Below, in pieces: positions 12,240 to 26,391 of a stretch of DNA of 64,000 bases. The notes below the pieces were generated by a model. The model did no database searches and was not told the DNA's origin. It saw nothing but the letters and a program-made list of their open reading frames with translations. The translations under genes were made by a program, and so were the position numbers. Origin of the DNA: Dicyema japonicum (lineage: Eukaryota > Animalia > Dicyemida). The stretch lies in contig RDEW01000005.1 of assembly GCA_011109175.1 (NCBI GenBank), positions 2,025,747 to 2,089,746 on the forward strand, given 5' to 3'. Each line of letters begins with the position of its first letter. Positions within the stretch are counted from its first letter, which is position 1.

Positions 12240-13229
12240 CAACTAATATTTAGAGAAAATTATGTCAAAGATTTATTATAATTTAAAAATTTAAAATGGA
12301 TTATAAAATAATTTAATATAATAATAATTTTTATGATGCGTAAATATCCATTTAAAGTAAAAAAGTAAAATTTAAAAAGTAGCTATTTTTGGAGGCGAAA
12401 TTTCAACTAAAACTACACTTCTGTTTACTTAATGGTTTCGAATGATCATTAATGAATAATAATTAGATGTTTTGAATAAAATAAAAATTTAAATTATGTC
12501 GTATTATTTTAAAATTATTCAAAAGAATCTTAGCACCAGTTATTGCGATTTACGCTCTGCTCGTCATCAATATACGCATGTACTATGTATCTTTGATGAT
12601 ATTCCCAAGTTGATTTACCAAAAGAAACAAAATTTTTGCTTAAAATTATTTTATGAGATTTAAGGGACTCATGAAATACAACTTAGTATCAAGAATTTCT
12701 TTCGAGAATTCTGAAGTTATTTGGCTAAGGTTCCTGTTTTATCTGATAAACTTTTCTCTTTCGTTAGAAACACAGCATCCTTCGTCGGTGAAAAAATGTT
12801 CGAAATAATAAAGTACAGACGGAACTGGGATGAGGAGAATGCATTTAGTCACATTTAGCAATTAAACACAATATACTATAATCAATAGGCTAAAGAATAT
12901 ATCGGATGATCACAGGTGCAGTAAAGGAAGTTGTTAATTGGGGGTAAATGCAAATGAGGTTCAACCAGATATTAACATTATTTTGATTAGTCATACACCA
13001 CTTAAAAGAGGAAATGAAAGATTGGTTTGGGATGCTCTCGTGAATCCTGTCAGTTTAAGTTCTAGCACAAGCTTTAAATTGTATTTCGGAAGTAAATATA
13101 AATCAAACGTTTAGGAATCTTCAATATCAAAAATTGTGTTAATTGAAGTATGGCCATTAAGTTTCTGTTGTCAGTACGGAGTATCAAAGGGAAAAAAGTA
13201 TTGGCTCATAAATATGGATGAGGAAAAAA

Positions 13230-14240
13230 TATGGGGTATAGGAATCTTTACCAGTTAGTGAAACAGGTTCGCTATGGTAGGGATTATCATGCGGCAGTTC
13301 TTTGTGTGGTTCAAGAAGTGGCAAGGATAGTCTGGTTCCTTGGGTGGTTTCGTTAAAATTCCTTTTGCAGAGGTGATCCATTACTGGTGAATGGTGGCTT
13401 TCCAGCGGAAGTGGTCGGATGATGTGAATCCGTTACATCCTATAATTGTTAGAAAGTCATATTTTTGACTCTGAAGTTTTTGGATGCTGCAGGCTACGAG
13501 GGATGAGGCCCAGGAGCGGTCGCGTGTTCAAAGTGATTCTGATATATTGTTTGTGAATCCGGCCACCGCGCGTAGGGTGTTACGTAGTCCACGTGTGAGG
13601 AGAACGCATTGGCCTTCGATCAATCCATGATTTTAAAAGTTTTTTGAGATATGGATGACTTCTCAGAAGTTTTTTAGTTTTTATAGCTGTCGTCGATCGA
13701 AGGTTAATACTGTTACACTAAACTTGGAGGGGGAAGGGGAGAGGTGGTTGGTAATAACCACGACTCTAGAGAATCCAAATGTGTTTGGAGGCGTTTAGAG
13801 GTGGTAGTAATGTTTTGACAAGACCAGAGATCTTCCATTAGCCATTTTTGAAACGAATTGAGTAATATTCGTCGCGGTTATCTTGCTGGTAACAATGTGC
13901 CCTGGAGGTCCTGTCGAATGCCTTGGAAATGACAAAGAAGGCCAGGACCTTGTAAAGTGGCTGTTTTTCGTAGTTGAATCCATCCGCAATATAGTCAGTT
14001 AATTTGGTTAGGTGGGTTGAGGTTGAATGCTTAACACGGAAGCCATGCAGAGAATTGGAAAGGTTTAGGTGAGAGTATATACAGTTAAGAATGTATCTAT
14101 CGAGGATTTTTGATGCTGTACAGTAAAGGGAAATTAATCGAAGGGATCCTAAGTCATTCAGGTCTTTGTTAGGTTCGAGAGTCGGAAGTATTATGGATTG
14201 TTTACAGAGCATATGCACAAATCCCGAATTCAAGGACCCT
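13230..14240 (-). mobile_element. APE-RT LINE reverse transcriptase remnant (I/Ingi/Jockey-like)
   Basis: SLRLISLYCTASKILDR, HGFRVKHSTSTHL and VISKAFD, then a YKQYIR-like post-RT motif. Frameshifted. Confidence 0.75.
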
Positions 14241-15150
14241 CGGTAGAGGGACGGCAGTCCATTTGGCCCAATATTTTTTAAATTATATATCCATATTTCC
14301 TGTATTAATTATCAAGGCACCACCAAAAATAAAAAATTTCAAAAATCTTCGTTCAAAGTTACTTTTTGAGATGACATGACACGTTCTAATAGATAAGAAC
14401 ATCCTATACATACCTAGGTATTCAATTTTATTTCTGACAATCTTAGACGTTCCACATTGTTACCAAAAACTACCCGATGATGGTTAATTCTGGGTTCGCT
14501 CACTAGACTCATTATACCTACTTAAACCTTCATTTTGTGACTATCGCTTTAGCGAGCACCAATAATGTATAAATTATATTTTTGGATAGGCCTCAATCTC
14601 CTCAGTTCTTCTGAACGTTTTTGGTTTTAATAAATAAGTGGTCCTTAGACCTCTTCATAACAAGTTATTTAAAAATACCAGTCAAAAAATTCCTCAAATC
14701 AATAATCATTTCCAAATGTTCACCCTACAATGATAAATGCAAAACCATCCGACTTGCAGCCAATCGGATTAATCTTATTCAGAGAAAAAATTAAAAAAAA
14801 TCACAAAGAGTATCCGTTGATGTCACAAATGCGAGATGATGGTTATTATGATTATGTGAAAACTAACCTTGGCCTTCTGGGAAACTGAAGACTTCTTAAA
14901 TATATGTATGCCCTCAAAGTGACCTGAGTTAAATCTTAAAAAAGTTTGTGATTTACTTTAGTTAATAAACCTATTTGGACTTTTGAATTAAAATTTTAAC
15001 CCCAGTTTCGCTAATTTATAGGAAACTGGCGAACGACAAAAAAAGAAAAGATTACATTCCCTTAGATTACTTTAAAATGTCTACATTTTCTAGTCGTAAC
15101 TAAAAATAGTAAATTAAACCCAAAAAAGTTAAAGAAACCGTAATTAATAT

Positions 15151-18100
15151 CTAGTTAGCGAAAAGGTATTTCGTAAACCGTTCATAATTATAACAGTCAG
15201 TGACTGAGTATCCCTCATCATCGACATATTCATCCATACGGTTAACACAATATTCAGCCAATTCTTTAGGCAACATCTAAACTCAGCAAGACAGAAACTC
15301 TAAAGAGTTCTTCCCTAGTAATGTACTCCTTCCTATCGCTAGCAATAAAACGGAAAGACTCCTCTGCCTCTTTAGCACAATTTGATATCACCGATTCCTG
15401 ATTAGCCATATAAGTGAGGAAATCCTTCCTCATCACATATCCTTGACTAAAAATCAATCCACGACGAACCCATTGGGGTCCACTTGTCGAATTATTTCCT
15501 GACAAACGGGAGACTTTAGACATTCCTGTTCCGGCAACTGACTTCCAAGAGCACGAAGACATGAGAAGAAGTCTTCGTAATTAAGTCTCTCCGTTCTGTT
15601 AGGATCATAATACCTACAATAGTTAACTACAGACATACATAAACATACTGCAAAATTCCTTGAGCACCTTTTCAGAAACCCTTGAGTAACTATGGGCTTT
15701 AATCTGTTCCTTCAGGTTGGTCTGAACACGTGAGGCAAAAGAAGATAAGTTTTCATATCTCTGAGACAGCGACAGCACACTATGTGATGTATACCTGCGA
15801 AATGCCAAAATCAGAAAACTCGATGTTAAAAGTCGGGCAACAGGCAAAGAAGTCTCCCAATCTTTCAATTTCATTCAGTTTCTCCTTCATCGAGCGAATC
15901 TCGGAGGCCAAACGCTTAAAATAAACAGCATAAATACCTCAGCCTGTTTTAGTTGATCAGTCAGGGACATTGATGAGCACAACATTTTAGTACTGCGATT
16001 ATAAAAAGTCACTAACCGCACACTGATCATCCATCTATGAAAGTCATCCGCGATAACAGCATATTTTTTAAGTGACTCATTGCCCCTGACCTGTTTCTCA
16101 AGCTTGGAGTTAATCTCATCAGTTCTCCGCTAATAGTCAAACCACACAGGAACCTTTAGCTCAACCATAGCTGCAGACCAGGAACTCTGTATTTTTTCCA
16201 ATGAGGGAGCGTTGTAGAGACTCAAATCACCATTTAGTTGAGTCACTCGTTCACCGAGATCAATCAGGGAGGTAAACTCGACTTCTTTTTGCTTGAATGT
16301 TTCTAGATCCTCCTCGTGCGACTGGCTCGAATACTAAAATTCGTAAAACTTAAACCTCAGCTTCTTCCAATGATGTACAGTCGATAGGGGCGTTCAATCC
16401 ATTAATTGCATTCTCACACCAAATAGTAAAGGAGATCGCATTCTTTGAGTACAAAAATAAAAGATCATCAACATCCTGTGATTCTTTTGACTTGTCGTTT
16501 ATCTTAACTCTGAGATTTCTTGAAAATCCAACCAAATAGTCCCACCTAGCTTTAGAAAAAGTTGAACTTTTCCATAATTTTGTCATAATACTGTGAGTAT
16601 TTATCAGGCAAAGGAAAGGTCATCTCGTTCTTCTCGACTTTCAACCTCATTAAAGACAAATTTCTAAAATCTTCCAGTTTTTTCTCGAATCGATCCTGTC
16701 TATGAAAAGAAAACAGACCTGTTTATTAGTGAATAGTTTCCAAACTGAGCTCGAATCTAAGGCATCGGATTCCTCCTTCAAATACTTGTAGTTGGAATCT
16801 GAATATTAATGGAGACAAAACCTATCCAACTTTCGACTTTTAGACAGTTCCACTCGAAAATAAAAACAATCTTGTTATTTTCGATATTTTCAAGATATTC
16901 AACTAAGGCCGTCTTCAATAGTTCAAACTGAGAACTCAGTTGGTCAATTCTAGCCTCAATCTCAGAGTTACGCCCATTTCCCTTCAAATAATGATAAAAC
17001 TAACAAATTCCATCGATTTCCCGTACGAATACAGCTCATCCAACATTAATCCTCGAGTTTCCAACTCTCCCTCAAATTTGTTAATATTCGCAATCAGAAG
17101 CTAAAATCACGACAAGTCAGCAACCTCAACCCTCTCAAGAGTGGTCCCATAGTTCTTATCATTCAGGTAGTTCAAATATTTGGTGATCCAAACTGAATTT
17201 TCTTCCATATCGTTCATAAACTGGTAGAAATTCAAATCTTGATTCATTTTCTCCTCCGTGACGACAAATGAAGAGTTCAAAAGGTCATTCTCAGCATTGT
17301 AGGTATCAACAACAATTTTGAGATCATTTATGTTGTTTTCCGTTATGCTCCCATCCCCCGCAGTGATCATTTCACGGGAAAAATCAAATACGTTAACGGC
17401 TCTGTTGGCCACTGCTTCAAAATCTCTATTTTGTCTGCCCATTTGATCCTTTAGCCTTCTTAGAGAAGAAATAAGCCTTCGAGTTGTCTGCAAATCTCTC
17501 CCACTTCCCAAGGAGGATAAACACCTCTCAGTCTCTCTAAAAATACAGAAATTAAATGACACCTGACAAAGGCAAGAGAACTGTCCACACTACGACGAAC
17601 ACACAAACAATCAAGAAGAAGCCTTTTCTCCTCCCGTTGATAGTGACACTTGTTTTTCACACTATTAATAACACATGAATGACCCACCTGTTATATTTTA
17701 TATTTATCGGATCGATTATTTCATCAAGGTTTGTCTCCAACCGTTCTGCCTTACCACTAACATCCATGTTCAGGTCCTCAACCAGTGGCTAATGTCAAAA
17801 TATCAAAAACCTTAGCATATGATTCAATGGAGGAATAAATCGTATCCACCTTTTCTAAATACTGCCCGATAGAAAGCTGATCTATTACTTGAGGTTCATA
17901 ACTTAATGTGGAGTCGTACTTAAATGAATTAAAAAAATACTTCTGATAAAATTGAGTCCAATAATTTAACTTCTTTAGTATATTTTATTTCGAGAAGAGA
18001 ATATTCAACTCTTCCACGAAACTCGTTCAGTTTTTCCTTAAGCTGCTCAGCTGATGACGTCACTTCTTGGATTTTTTTATTCAGAGCTTCCTCATTGTCC

Positions 18101-21100
18101 GGACACAAATGGGACTCAATCAAATCTTAAATCAAATGTGGAAAATACATTTGGCGTTATTGATCAAAGAATAGAGGCCAAGTTCGTCCTCTTCAATACG
18201 TTTCATAGAATTTTCGATGAATGTAAGTTTGTTCTAAGAATAAATTAAAAATAAACGTTGAGCGAGGTCAAATCTGAGGGAATTGGACGAGATAAAGCCA
18301 TAGAAGTGACATCAATCCACCGTTCAACATTGTTCAAATGGGTTACAAAAACTTCAAATGTAACATCAGTCTGATCCGATTCCTTAACTGAAGAGGTCAT
18401 CACGTCAGACAATTCGTTCCACCTTACTAATAGAAATGTACTACTTTTTATGTAAATCTTCCTTTCTTTGAAAGATTTCGTCTGAGGCACTGTTCTCTAT
18501 GAACATCATATCATCAGCCTGAGCCGACAACTCATTTAGTCTTTTTTCCTATAAAATGAAAATCACTACAAACCCAGAATATTTGAAAACTATCTGCACA
18601 ATCAGAATTGTTTTGACCCATAAAATTCACAAAATTGTTGTCATTAAGCTCTGCCAGTTTTGTATTCACATTTAATATAAACTATGGTTATTATAAAAAA
18701 GCATTACATCATCACATCCCTCGCAAAATTCTTTGTACTCGTAGACCTGAGAAAGAGCATCATTACGATTTTCCCAGAGTCTACATATTTGACAAATATA
18801 AACGTTTCAAGTCCGTTTCTCGACTTGCAGAATTTTTGGAGAATATTCTTCAACTCTTCAACGCGATCGGGGACCTCCAAGAGTATCTTATCCGCTTGCG
18901 TTTCAAAAATGTCCATTAAATGTCCATAGGAATCAATTTCCATCCTCAGTTTCTAAAAATTCAACAAAAATCTAACTTTGTTACTCAGCATAGATTCCTT
19001 CAGATTTTCAAACGAGGGAACATCAGAAACTGTGACCTGTTCAGAGGTCTGGTCGAGCCAATTTTGGAGGTAACTTGAATAAATAGAGAAGAAACCAATA
19101 TAAGTCGTAAAACTTGAACCATTCAACTGAAGCTAACAAATCTCCATGTCGTTTTTCGATCTAAATAATTACTAACAAAATAAACCTTAACAACAAAGGT
19201 ATTCCAGCGATCTACAAGCATTTCTCGAGCTGAATAGATAGAATTTGATTCATCGTGGTACTTTTCAACAAGTTCAGTGTACTTGTCCCTTAGTGACGTC
19301 ATCTAAGATAAAAACAACTTAAACCTGGTCGCCTATAACAATGAAAGCCCTCTGGAGTCTCATCTGATCATATAAAATTGTTTTACTGGTCTCCAGGTCA
19401 TTACCAAAGTCGTCACAGTCCACAGCTTCCTGGTTCTCATCAAACCACTTGTTCACATTCTCAATACCCTCGTAATAGCTGGAATGATAATAACAAATAC
19501 AGCTTGAGTTCTGATTCTTTTGACAATTTTTTCATAATATCTTCGGTTTGATATTCTACCTCATCACAGCGTTTATTCACTTCTCCCAATGTGGACTGAA
19601 TTTTTAAAATGACAGGTTCGTCAACAACATCTGAAATACGAGATAATTCGTCATAAATTTCCTGAATGTCCTGTTTTCTTCCGGCGAGGGATTCTTTAAA
19701 CATTTGAGCATTGTTAAATCGCTGTTTTGTTTGTTGAGCGTTCTCCTTTCCATCCTCTCTGGTAGCAGAATTCGCCTAAAATGAAACTACAATCTAACCT
19801 CTCTGTCAATTTGGTCCATAATCTCCTCAGCCCGTCTTTTGAGTGAATATGAACATTTAACTTTCGACATCTTATCCAGTGAATCGCACAGTTTATTCGA
19901 CACCAATGATAATCTAATAATATAAAGTTCCTTACTTATTTTCTAAGACACTTTGCACGTCAGGAACAGAAACCACAGTCCTTTCCACCTGAGTATCCAC
20001 AACTGGCATCAACAAGGATGAGGGAACGTAGCCCAAGTTTGATGGATTATCTAATAGAGCAACTTTAGTCCATTTCTGAGAGTAATAAACTAACAAAAAC
20101 AGGATTAGAGCGACTCAAAACAACTACAGAGTCACATTTATTGACCGGTAGTTGGTTCACTGTATTAGGAACGAAATCCTTGGTAGCGTACATTGTCTCG
20201 GCCGGCATCGTGATGTCCAATTCTTGTATCTAAAAATCAGTCTTAGTAGTACAGCACAGTTTCTTCCCTTTTCGCCAATTTCGCTAATTTTCGTTTGAAA
20301 ACTTTCCAATTCATCAGAAAACTGTTTAATTCGATCAAAGTGAAGAGTTTGCAGATCTTCGTCGTCGGCCAGTTCAGCTTGCAGAGAATCCTCGACATTG
20401 TCCAACCATTTGGAGGCAGATTTTGCAGAATAGTAATATTCCAACAATTCGCGCGCTTGTTCCAACTTTTCTTTCCTCAGATTGTAATTACTCAGCAGTT
20501 CATCCCACCGGTCTCCGAGATCTGATAAGTTCCCAAAACACAACCTTTAACTTTATTCAGGAAATCTCTTTGTTGTGGAGATGCATCATCAGCTTCAGCA
20601 TCGACCATCAAATTGTTAGAAAGGCTTCTGTAGGAGTTGATATTCTCATCGAGGTTTTCTCTCGCTTTCATCAAACGGGCATTCTCAGTTAACGAAGAAC
20701 CTTTAAAATAAATTAGACAAAAAACCGAAATAAGGTATTTTCATTTGTTCATTCATATTATCAATCCACTGAGCGATGTCTTCGTACCTAAGTTTCATGA
20801 AATATCCCTTTCTAGAGTTCTCGGCATTCTGTTCGTATGTCACACTAGCATTCTAACGGTAAAACCAAGGTCAAACTAAAAGTTCATTTAGTCTATTCCT
20901 CAGCATTGAGTATTGACTGGTTATATTCTCCGCATTTACGTGGTAGGAAGAGAAGTCATCAACCTCAACGCTAAGGTCACCCAATTTGCTCTTAATTTCC
21001 GAAAGTTCCGACGAAATGTATTTATTTCGAGAAATTATGTTAACCATATCATCCACATTCTGCATTTTAATGACAAAGTACCTCAACATCAACTTTTTCG

Positions 21101-23477
21101 GTCATGACCTTTTCCACGTCGTCCATCCAATCGTTTAACCCGTCAACGTCAACATTAAATCTGTACTCAGCCATGGCTTGCTTAAGAACCTCAGCTAAAA
21201 ATTAAGCCAATGCGAACAGCGGATCTCGATCGACTTAGTTATGGACGACCACATATTCTGTAAATCACTAATATCGGCTCTATTTGTAATGAAATCAAGA
21301 TACCTCAAAGATATAAAGTCGTTTACTTCATTAGATGTAAAATATTCCTCAGAAGATTCTTCGAGTCTTTCGAAAAATGGTTTTCTAACATCATAATCCT
21401 CGACCAGACGTTGATGTCTTGTATTTAGCATCATCAGATTCTCAGAAGACTTGACTCAAAACCAACAATTACCAGAACAAACTCGTCATCAAGCAACATT
21501 TGTCTTTCGTGCATCCACGTCCTCATTTCGACCAATTCAACCTCAAAACTCAACGATTCAGTCAGCTTCTCCCGGGAGTTCACAACAGACTCTAACTCTG
21601 TCTTCAACTCGTTATATCTCCCCGTCAACTAAACAAATTTAAAAATATCCACAACCTCATAGTTCATTCTCTCAATTTCACCCATTTCATGATATCCGGC
21701 ATCTATCAGATTAGAGCCCGTTCGACAACATTCCTAAAATAATCAAACTTAAAAAATACAAAAATTTCCTCATATTTTCTCGTTACGAATTTATTCAATT
21801 CGTCCAACTGACGAATTTGGGCCCTGCAGTAATCAATCTCACAGCTCTGAGCAGAAACGATGCTGGCAAGGTACTCTTGTTGTCGAGCAATCCATGTATT
21901 AAGAGAGGAGACGTTTATTTGGTAGTTTAGAAACTCCAATTGCGTCGTTAGTGAGTCAATTAAAGCACGAGATTGCACTTTTAAGCTATCACAGTCTTCT
22001 TGTAAGGCTGAAAACAGTTCCAGGTCGAAATCGGAATCTGTGAATTTTTCGGGTGAGAATGTGGACAGATATTCAGAATTTGTTTGAATTTCGTAGAAAT
22101 AAGCATCTGCTAGATCCAACAGAACCTCAAGCTCGACCTTGTAAGCGACTTCTTTACGTTCTTCAAGCTTTTGAAGTAAAACTCGCATTTCATCAGTCCA
22201 AATTCGTTTTGTTGACAAAATCCGGTTAAATTCGGCACGTTCAGAAGATAACTTAATCTTTTCAGAAAATTCATGGCTCATTTCATCCAGACGTGACAAA
22301 AACGAGTTAAGGTCACTCAAACGAACCATCATGTCGGATTCTTCTTTCTCAAATGGGATTCGTCCTAAGGACTGAGCTTGATTGCTCAGATCTTCAACCT
22401 TCAATCAGTCAAAGGACAACATTATTGTGAAGCTGAGAAAGTTCCTCTTCAAATTCCGCAGACTTCCCTTTTAAGCGGTCGACTTCCTCAGTAAATTCGT
22501 GTTTGTCTGTGTAGAAAGCTTCAATTACCTGAGCACAACAGTTGTATTTGTCGATAAGTCTATCAGTAATAGAAACCACAAACCTGAAAATATTTTGGGT
22601 TATTGACATATTGTTTAATTGAATCCACACAGATTTTTGTAGATCCGTCAGGTATCCCCACTGATTATTTAGTTCCTATCATTAACTCACATTTAGTACC
22701 TTTTCTTTATTCAAAACCTGATCGGCGAAGAACTTATCCTTAAATTGTTCCAACTCTTCCAAAAAATCGGCCACTGAATTTCCGTTAACAGTTAGTTCCT
22801 ATCATTAGGAAGATTGACAACCTCACTCAGCTTTTCCATTTCACTTGACAAAAAAGCGCTGTTTTCAGAGCTGGTCAGTTGCTGAATGGCCATCAAGGCA
22901 GTAATCTAGGGAAATAACCTAATCTTAACCTTAGAATCAATCCATTGAAGAAGGGAGTTCAATCTGTCGCACAGATCACAATATTGAACACAAGAATTTG
23001 TTCTATCCATTAACTCATTAAGGTGGGATTTTAAATAATTCCACCTCTCGTTGTACAGATCGACCATTTTCTGAAATAGGAATACTAAAAACCTGCATTT
23101 CGTTAGATATGGCGTCAAATTCACTCAAAAAGACAGTTAATGAGTTCACTTCAGCCACAATGGACTCGTGATTTTCAATTTGTGATGAGATTTTTATTAG
23201 GATTTCCAGAGATGTCTAAATGTGGCTAAAACAATACTTTGCTGTTAGAAACGGTAATTTCTAGCGATTCAAGGTCCTTTAGGGTAGATGACATGAAGTT
23301 AGATGAGGCGGACATTTGCTGTTGGAAAATGAAGAATTTTTGCGACATTTCCAAATCTTTTTGGCGGTTTCTAATTTGTTCGAATAGTTCATCATGCTGT
23401 TCTAAAACCTCCTTTCTTCGTTGTTGGACTTGCTCTGTATTACGAGGTAGGTCTGACTTAACTACGCGGTCCGACAT
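15151..23477 (-). CDS. SPTAN1: Alpha-spectrin (spectrin repeats, central SH3, C-terminal EF-hands), roughly 45-50 introns of 22-26 nt
   Basis: N-terminus EQVQQRRKEVL...QKDLEMSQKFFIFQ matches alpha-spectrin (EDIQERRQQVL...QKLEDSYRFQFFQ). SH3 at about 20010-20190. C-terminus YTSHSVLSLSQ...VSEKVLKEFCSMF...KEYITREEL...LAEYCVNRM. Most of the frame was traced by hand with GT-AG introns and no internal stop. Confidence 0.92.
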
Positions 23478-23772
23478 GAGCAAAAATATGTGGTCGATAA
23501 AATTGATTTTTTATTTGAAATTTGGTTTGTTTTTTCGAATTAATTTAAAGAAATAATTATTACGAGGTAGGTCTGACTTATCTACGCGGTCCGACATGAG
23601 CAAAAATATGTGGTCGATAAAATTGATTTTTTATTTGAAATTTGGTTTGTTTTTTCGAATTAATTTAAAGAAATAATTATGTATTTTTTAATAAACTTCC
23701 AAATATATTTTATGCTTAGATATTATCCTTAAATTTACTTGGATTGATGAGTGACCACGTCACAAGAGTTAT

Positions 23773-23850
23773 TAATCACTGCGGAATCGGATTATCTCAG
23801 AGACTCACACGCAAAAAAAAAATAGAAAAAGAAGTTAAGCACACCTTTGA
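23773..23850 (+). mobile_element. tRNA-derived SINE, short core fragment
   Basis: tcactgcggaatcggattatc...gactcacac followed by an A-rich run is the reverse complement of the core in the other copies. Confidence 0.65.
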
Positions 23851-24797
23851 TTACGAAAATGATGAAAATATATATATAAGAATTTTAGTATCTATTTAGC
23901 GGATACTTGCTGTATCCGATTTCAACAACAAAAAATATGGTCTATTACAAAATTCTTTTACATATTGCTGCGTAGTCGATAAGTTGATGCGGAATACAAA
24001 GGCGAAATAAGATTAAAAATCCGATTTCAACAACAAAAAATATGGTCTATTACAAAATTCTTTTACATATTGCTGCGTAGTCGATAAGTTGATGCGGAAT
24101 ACAAAGGCGAAATTAGATTAATAGTTTTTTTAGAACTTACCTGCGCCAATGTCTGTTTGTCTGCTGGGATGGAGAGATAACAGTAAAATAATAGAGTCCG
24201 TCTCAATTAATTCATTTCCTTTTAGAACCAAATCGGAATGTAATTTTCCAGGTTCTTCATATGAAATAGTTTCGACCGTCCATGCTGAGAACAATTCCGT
24301 CTTTCTAATCCTCGAGCAGGGAACATCTTTAAATCAAATACCTTCCGTCGGCATTTTCAATGTCGATTTCAGCTTCCCATGAGCCTTCTAGTGTGACTTA
24401 TCTATGTTCTACTCGCATGCTCTCACTTATACAGTCAATAATTTATATAATAATTATCTCCTCTTACCTCCAGTTCAGAGATAAATAGCCAGGGATACGG
24501 CCCCCTAACTCTATTTTTGTTTTAGTTTTTGTAAATACAAAAATAGTTTATTATTAAATTTATTAAATTTAAATAAAATAAGAGTGTTGTATGAATACAC
24601 CTCCAGTTCGGAGATAAATAGCCAGGGATACGGCCCCCTAACTCTATTTTTGTTTTAGTTTTTGTAAATACAAAAATAGTTTATTATTAAATTTATTAAA
24701 TTTAAATAAAATAAGAGTGTTGTATGAATACTGATGTCTCAAGTACTGATATAGAAGTAAATATAATAACATTTAATAGTTATTAAAAAGGGAAGTA

Positions 24798-25545
24798 ATG
24801 GATATGCCGACGGATCAGCTAATTTCAATGTAAATATTCTTGATTACAAAGATGCTACGATCACGTCAAAAAGGCCTGTCTAAATATAAAAAATGAGGAT
24901 GAAGTCTTTAATATTTTCTATAAAATAACGGATAACAACCACCAATTAATAAACAGAGAAAAGGACGATCAGAATTTACGGGTTTGTTGTTCTCAACGTC
25001 AAAAAGGCCTGTCTAAATATAAAAAATGAGGATGAAGTCTTTAATATTTTCTATAAAATAACGGATAACAACCACCAATTAATAAACAGAGAAAAGGACG
25101 ATCAGAATTTACGGGTTTGTTGTTTTCATATGTAGAATTCTCTCAGTGAAGTAATAGAGACTAACCGTTCCCGACTCGACCTTGATGAGGGACTTAGAGT
25201 TGATTTGTCAGTCCTTATTAAAATTCGAAAGTTATTTAACGATTGTGAAAACTTTCACCGACAATATTTATTTATGAGTGGTCGTTCAGCACAAATTGGA
25301 GGGATTGGTGGGGATAATACACGGGAATCCTCACTATTATCTCGTCTTTCTGCTCGATGTAAAAATCTTCAGGAAGAAAATGAAGAGTTAAAGAGAATGG
25401 CATACTCAGTTGTGAAGGAAGGGACTGCAAGGAATGCTGTCGAATTGGCCATTGCTAAAAAGATATCCCTTATTGGAAGAAGGATTACTAAAGGTAAGCT
25501 TCATTTGATTTTTAAGAATGGTTAATGTGGATTAACGAGGAGTGA
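24798..25545 (+). CDS. Small coiled-coil protein, WTAP/FIP37/Fl(2)d-like (m6A writer adaptor candidate)
   Basis: Exons join through 21-23 nt GT-AG introns. LSARCKNLQEENEELKR...VELAIAKK resembles the WTAP/FIP37 core LMAKCRxLxxENxE...LAxQK. One exon is affected by a ~130-bp tandem duplication. Confidence 0.45.
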
Positions 25546-26126
25546 GTTTTTGGTTTATTTTTGTTATATTATAAAACAGTTTTTTGTCTGTTTCTGTTCA
25601 CAGTAATGATTTTTTAGCATAAGGCAATTTTTCGCAATCATAAAATTGGGTTAAAACAATTGCATATGTAAAGTTGAAAGGCATACGAAAAAGAATCATA
25701 CTTCAATTTCATTGGAAGTATTCCCATAGCTGCAGGGACAAGATAATTTTTATCATTTCTGCTGGTTCTGGGTGGGGTCATAATAGACATTAGAAGATGT
25801 CCGCTTCGTGATCATAGGAACAGGATACATTTAATTAGAGCTGACAATAACATCTTTCTCGATGTATTGAGTTAATAAATATGTCGGAGCACGCTTAGAA
25901 AACACTGAATATAATAAAAACTGTAATTTTACTATGACAAGCTGCCTTAAGATTCTCAATTTATACTTTTGAATCAAACCACAGTGAAACGACAGTTCTA
26001 CCACTAAGGAGTAGTAATGTTTTCCTTACTAAACCTCAGCTTAGGCAGAACTCGCACTTTATTAAAGAAGTAAGAACAGTCACACTAACCTATCCGAGGC
26101 AATTATTCCTAGACATCGAAAACATT

Positions 26127-26317
26127 CTTATCTTTCTCTTGTGTGTGAGTCCCAATGACGATCCGGTCCCGCAGCGATGAACACTGATGACGACGTCATT
26201 CATGAACTCAGAAGCTTCGTAGATGCATGGAACCTTCAACCGAACAGGCAGCAGCGAGATTCGAATTTGGGGACTCTTGGCCTATTAGGTGCGGAACTTA
26301 TTCCCTGCGCCAACCAC
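26127..26317 (-). mobile_element. tRNA-derived SINE copy with A- and B-boxes
   Basis: Minus strand TGGCGCAGGG (A-box-like) ... AATTCGAATCTCGCTGCTG (B-box-like), followed by the shared core. Confidence 0.8.
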
Positions 26318-26391
26318 AATAAAAACTCAAATATACTCCAAATAGCAAAATAAGTAGAATACCACGATAAATTGTCATTATAAGAAAAAAG

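Noticed and set aside
12490-13110. Possible plus-strand gene head-to-head with DDHD
   Set aside because: Intron-like segments exist but no stop-free model or recognisable protein emerged.
23437-23680. Exact ~100-135 bp tandem duplicates without N, several over start codons (2238-2477, 23437-23680, 23895-24115, 24469-24730, 24866-25125, 39410-39679, 41622-41847, 46130-46293)
   Set aside because: Read-length-sized, two-copy and near-identical, so most likely gap-filling artefacts. They are not spacer-separated and are not CRISPR-like. Long reads would be needed to rescue any of them.
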